From positions 1-58,248 of the IMG/VR virus record IMGVR_UViG_3300021197_000769: a stretch of DNA of 58,248 nucleotides. The stretch is one strand, 5' to 3'. A model generated the notes under the pieces. The model worked only from the letters and a program-made list of their open reading frames with translations. It was not told the DNA's origin and searched no databases. Shown here piece by piece: positions 56,062-58,248 of this stretch; within the stretch, counting starts at the first letter, position 1; every line of letters starts with the position of its first letter. The position numbers were made by a program, and so were the translations under genes. The DNA is from a virus (taxonomy: Duplodnaviria > Caudoviricetes).

Positions 56062-57924
56062 ATGGAAATATCAAACAAAATATTATCAGACATCACGGTG
56101 TATATGAAGTATGCAAAGTATAAGCCACTATTAAATAGACGAGAAGATTGGTATGAGCTTGTTACTAGAAATAAAATGATGCACACTAAAAAGTATCCTC
56201 ATTTAAAAGAAGAAATAGATGAGGCATATAAATTAGTTTATGATAAAAAGGTTTTGCCTTCAATGAGATCATTACAATTTGGTGGTAAACCAATAGAAAT
56301 ATCCCCTAATAGAGTTTATAATTGTGCTTACTTGCCTATTGATTCTGTTGATTCTTTTAATGAAACAATGTTTTTATTGCTCGGCGGAACTGGTGTTGGA
56401 TATTCTGTACAACAGCATCACGTTAACCAGCTGCCATCAATTAGTAAACCTCATGTTAAAAGAACAAAAAGATTTTTAATTGGTGATTCTATTGAAGGTT
56501 GGGCAGATGCCATTAAGGTTTTAATGAAGTCTTATATGGGTGACAAAAGAAGTTCTAATATACAATTTGATTATTCAGACATTAGAGCTAAAGGGGCACA
56601 GCTAGTTACTTCAGGTGGTAAAGCGCCAGGACCTCAGCCACTTAAGGAGTGTATATTCAAAATTACAGGTATATTAGATTCTAAATCTGATGGAGATAGT
56701 TTAACCACGTTAGAGGTGCATGATATAATATGTCATATTGCAGACTCTGTATTGGCTGGAGGTATTAGACGTGCTGCATTAATTAGTTTATTCTCTGCCG
56801 AAGATGATCAAATGATTAGCTGTAAATCTGGCCAGTGGTGGGAATCAAATCCCCAAAGAGGTAGAGCTAACAACTCAGCTGTGCTTATGAGACACAAGGT
56901 AACTGAGTCTTTCTTTATGGACTTATGGAAACGTGTTGAGCTTAGCAATGCAGGTGAGCCCGGTATATATCTTAATAATGATAAGGATTGGGGTACTAAC
57001 CCTTGTTGTGAGATTGCTTTAAGACCATTCCAGTTTTGCAACTTGTGTGAAGTTAATGCATCGAATATTGAGTCTCAAGAAGACTTAAATAATAGAGTTA
57101 AGCATGCTGCTTTTATTGGGACACTACAAGCTGGATATACCGAGTTCCATTACTTAAGAAGCATATGGAGAGAGACTACTGAAAAGGATGCTTTGATTGG
57201 TGTATCTATGACAGGTATTGGATCAGGTGTTGTACTCGGTTATGATATGGGTGAAGCCGCTGAAGTTGTAAAGAAAGAAAATTCAAGAGTAGCAAAGTTA
57301 ATTGGTATCAATCCTGCGGCACGCACAACAACCGTTAAGCCTGCTGGGACGACTTCTCTTGCGCTTGGAACTTCTTCTGGCATTCATGCTTGGCATAATG
57401 ATTATTATGTCCGTAGAATACGCGTAGGCAAGAATGAATCAATGTATAAATACCTTGCTAAGAATCACCCCGAGTTAATAGAAGATGAATATTTCCGACC
57501 TCACGACACGGCTGTAATTAGTATACCGCAAAAAGCGCCTAAAGGTTCTATACTTAGAGATGAATCGCCATTTGATTTACTTGAAAGGATAAAGAAAGTT
57601 GCACAAGAGTGGGTTGTACCAGGTCATAGAAAAGGATCTAATACACACAATGTATCTGCAACGGTATCTTTGAAAGCTGATGAGTGGGACAAAGCCGGTA
57701 AATGGATGTGGGAAAACAGAAATCATTATAATGGTTTATCTGTATTACCTTATGATGGTGGTACTTATATGCAAGCCCCATTTGAAGATATAACAGAACA
57801 AGAGTATAACGATAGGTTGAAGCACCTAGTTAATGTTGATCTTACTAATATAATAGAGGTAGAAGATGAAACAGATCTAGCGGGCGAGATTGCTTGTGGT
57901 GCTGATGGTTGTGAAATTAAATAA
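56062..57924 (+). CDS. nrdJ: Class II (adenosylcobalamin-dependent) ribonucleotide reductase
   Basis: LPSMRSLQ, YNCAY, GGTGVGYS, AGGIRRAA, TNPCCEI, VKPAGT.S, C-terminal CGADGCE redox pair; no beta-subunit gene in the window. Confidence 0.88.
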   Translation: MEISNKILSDITVYMKYAKYKPLLNRREDWYELVTRNKMMHTKKYPHLKEEIDEAYKLVYDKKVLPSMRSLQFGGKPIEISPNRVYNCAYLPIDSVDSFNETMFLLLGGTGVGYSVQQHHVNQLPSISKPHVKRTKRFLIGDSIEGWADAIKVLMKSYMGDKRSSNIQFDYSDIRAKGAQLVTSGGKAPGPQPLKECIFKITGILDSKSDGDSLTTLEVHDIICHIADSVLAGGIRRAALISLFSAEDDQMISCKSGQWWESNPQRGRANNSAVLMRHKVTESFFMDLWKRVELSNAGEPGIYLNNDKDWGTNPCCEIALRPFQFCNLCEVNASNIESQEDLNNRVKHAAFIGTLQAGYTEFHYLRSIWRETTEKDALIGVSMTGIGSGVVLGYDMGEAAEVVKKENSRVAKLIGINPAARTTTVKPAGTTSLALGTSSGIHAWHNDYYVRRIRVGKNESMYKYLAKNHPELIEDEYFRPHDTAVISIPQKAPKGSILRDESPFDLLERIKKVAQEWVVPGHRKGSNTHNVSATVSLKADEWDKAGKWMWENRNHYNGLSVLPYDGGTYMQAPFEDITEQEYNDRLKHLVNVDLTNIIEVEDETDLAGEIACGADGCEIK

Positions 57925-57930
57925 ATTGAT

Positions 57931-58230
57931 ATGAGCATAAAAAAAATATCCTCAGAATATAAGTCTTTACCTAAGAAAGATATGCGTAACGCAGTGATAG
58001 AAAACTTTGTGTTTGGAATATTAGGGTCTACTATTGTAGTGTTTATATCTCTTAGGATTGACATAGCAGTCCTTATAGCTTACTTAGTGTATTATTTTTA
58101 TGTAGGTCGTGTTATTAATAGACCTAAGTATGTAACATCAATAGGTAAATTTATATTGTTCCCAATACCAACGGCTCTTGGAGCTTTTACGGGTTACAAA
58201 ATAGCTGGGCTATTAGCAGAGTATATCTAA
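57931..58230 (+). CDS. Small multi-TM membrane protein
   Basis: 99 aa with about three hydrophobic segments; last gene of the plus arm. Confidence 0.65.
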   Translation: MSIKKISSEYKSLPKKDMRNAVIENFVFGILGSTIVVFISLRIDIAVLIAYLVYYFYVGRVINRPKYVTSIGKFILFPIPTALGAFTGYKIAGLLAEYI

Positions 58231-58248
58231 TAAACATTAATGCTATAC

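Noticed and set aside
1-58248. Stop-codon reassignment as in some crAss-like phages; prophage/integration module
   Set aside because: Genes are long and densely tiled under the standard code with TAA, TAG and TGA all used as stops; no integrase, repressor pair or flanking host genes seen.

Overview
The window looks like a complete or nearly complete ~58 kb lytic tailed-phage genome. It is AT-rich, podovirus-like, and has crAss/Cellulophaga-phage-like structural genes. A Bacteroidetes (probably aquatic Flavobacteriia) host is inferred from gene families and A-rich leaders without Shine-Dalgarno sites. Two divergent arms start from a non-coding control region at ~40.6-41.2 kb. The minus arm (40.6 kb to 82) carries tail fibre/lectin genes, groEL-groES, lysis genes, terminase, portal, scaffold, major capsid, tail and three putative ejection proteins, the last of 2601 aa. 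The plus arm (41.2 kb to 58.2 kb) carries small early genes, a sigma factor, ERF, exonuclease, SSB, primase-helicase, a ThyA-family enzyme, MazG-like enzymes, a resolvase and a class II RNR. The arms would converge on a bidirectional terminator at 5-38 if the window ends join. Best candidate for an undescribed system: the 2601-aa protein reads as a polyprotein (HExxH zincin / sigma70-like regions 2+4 / HNH-like domain / membrane-associated C-terminus) with an I-[KM]-F-S-K motif at each boundary, while nine copies of a bipartite promoter-like motif (YGCAGA-N6-ACG-N9-TGATAATA) precede the early genes. This suggests a virion-injected, protease-released sigma factor. Other highlights: ThyA with Asp in place of the dUMP-specifying Asn next to two NTP pyrophosphatases, three copies of a 48-bp dyad (one over the start codon of an HTH gene), an iteron/pas-like origin candidate, a tRNA-like RNA and a tandem double-GroES protein. 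All assignments come from motifs read by eye; no searches were run.
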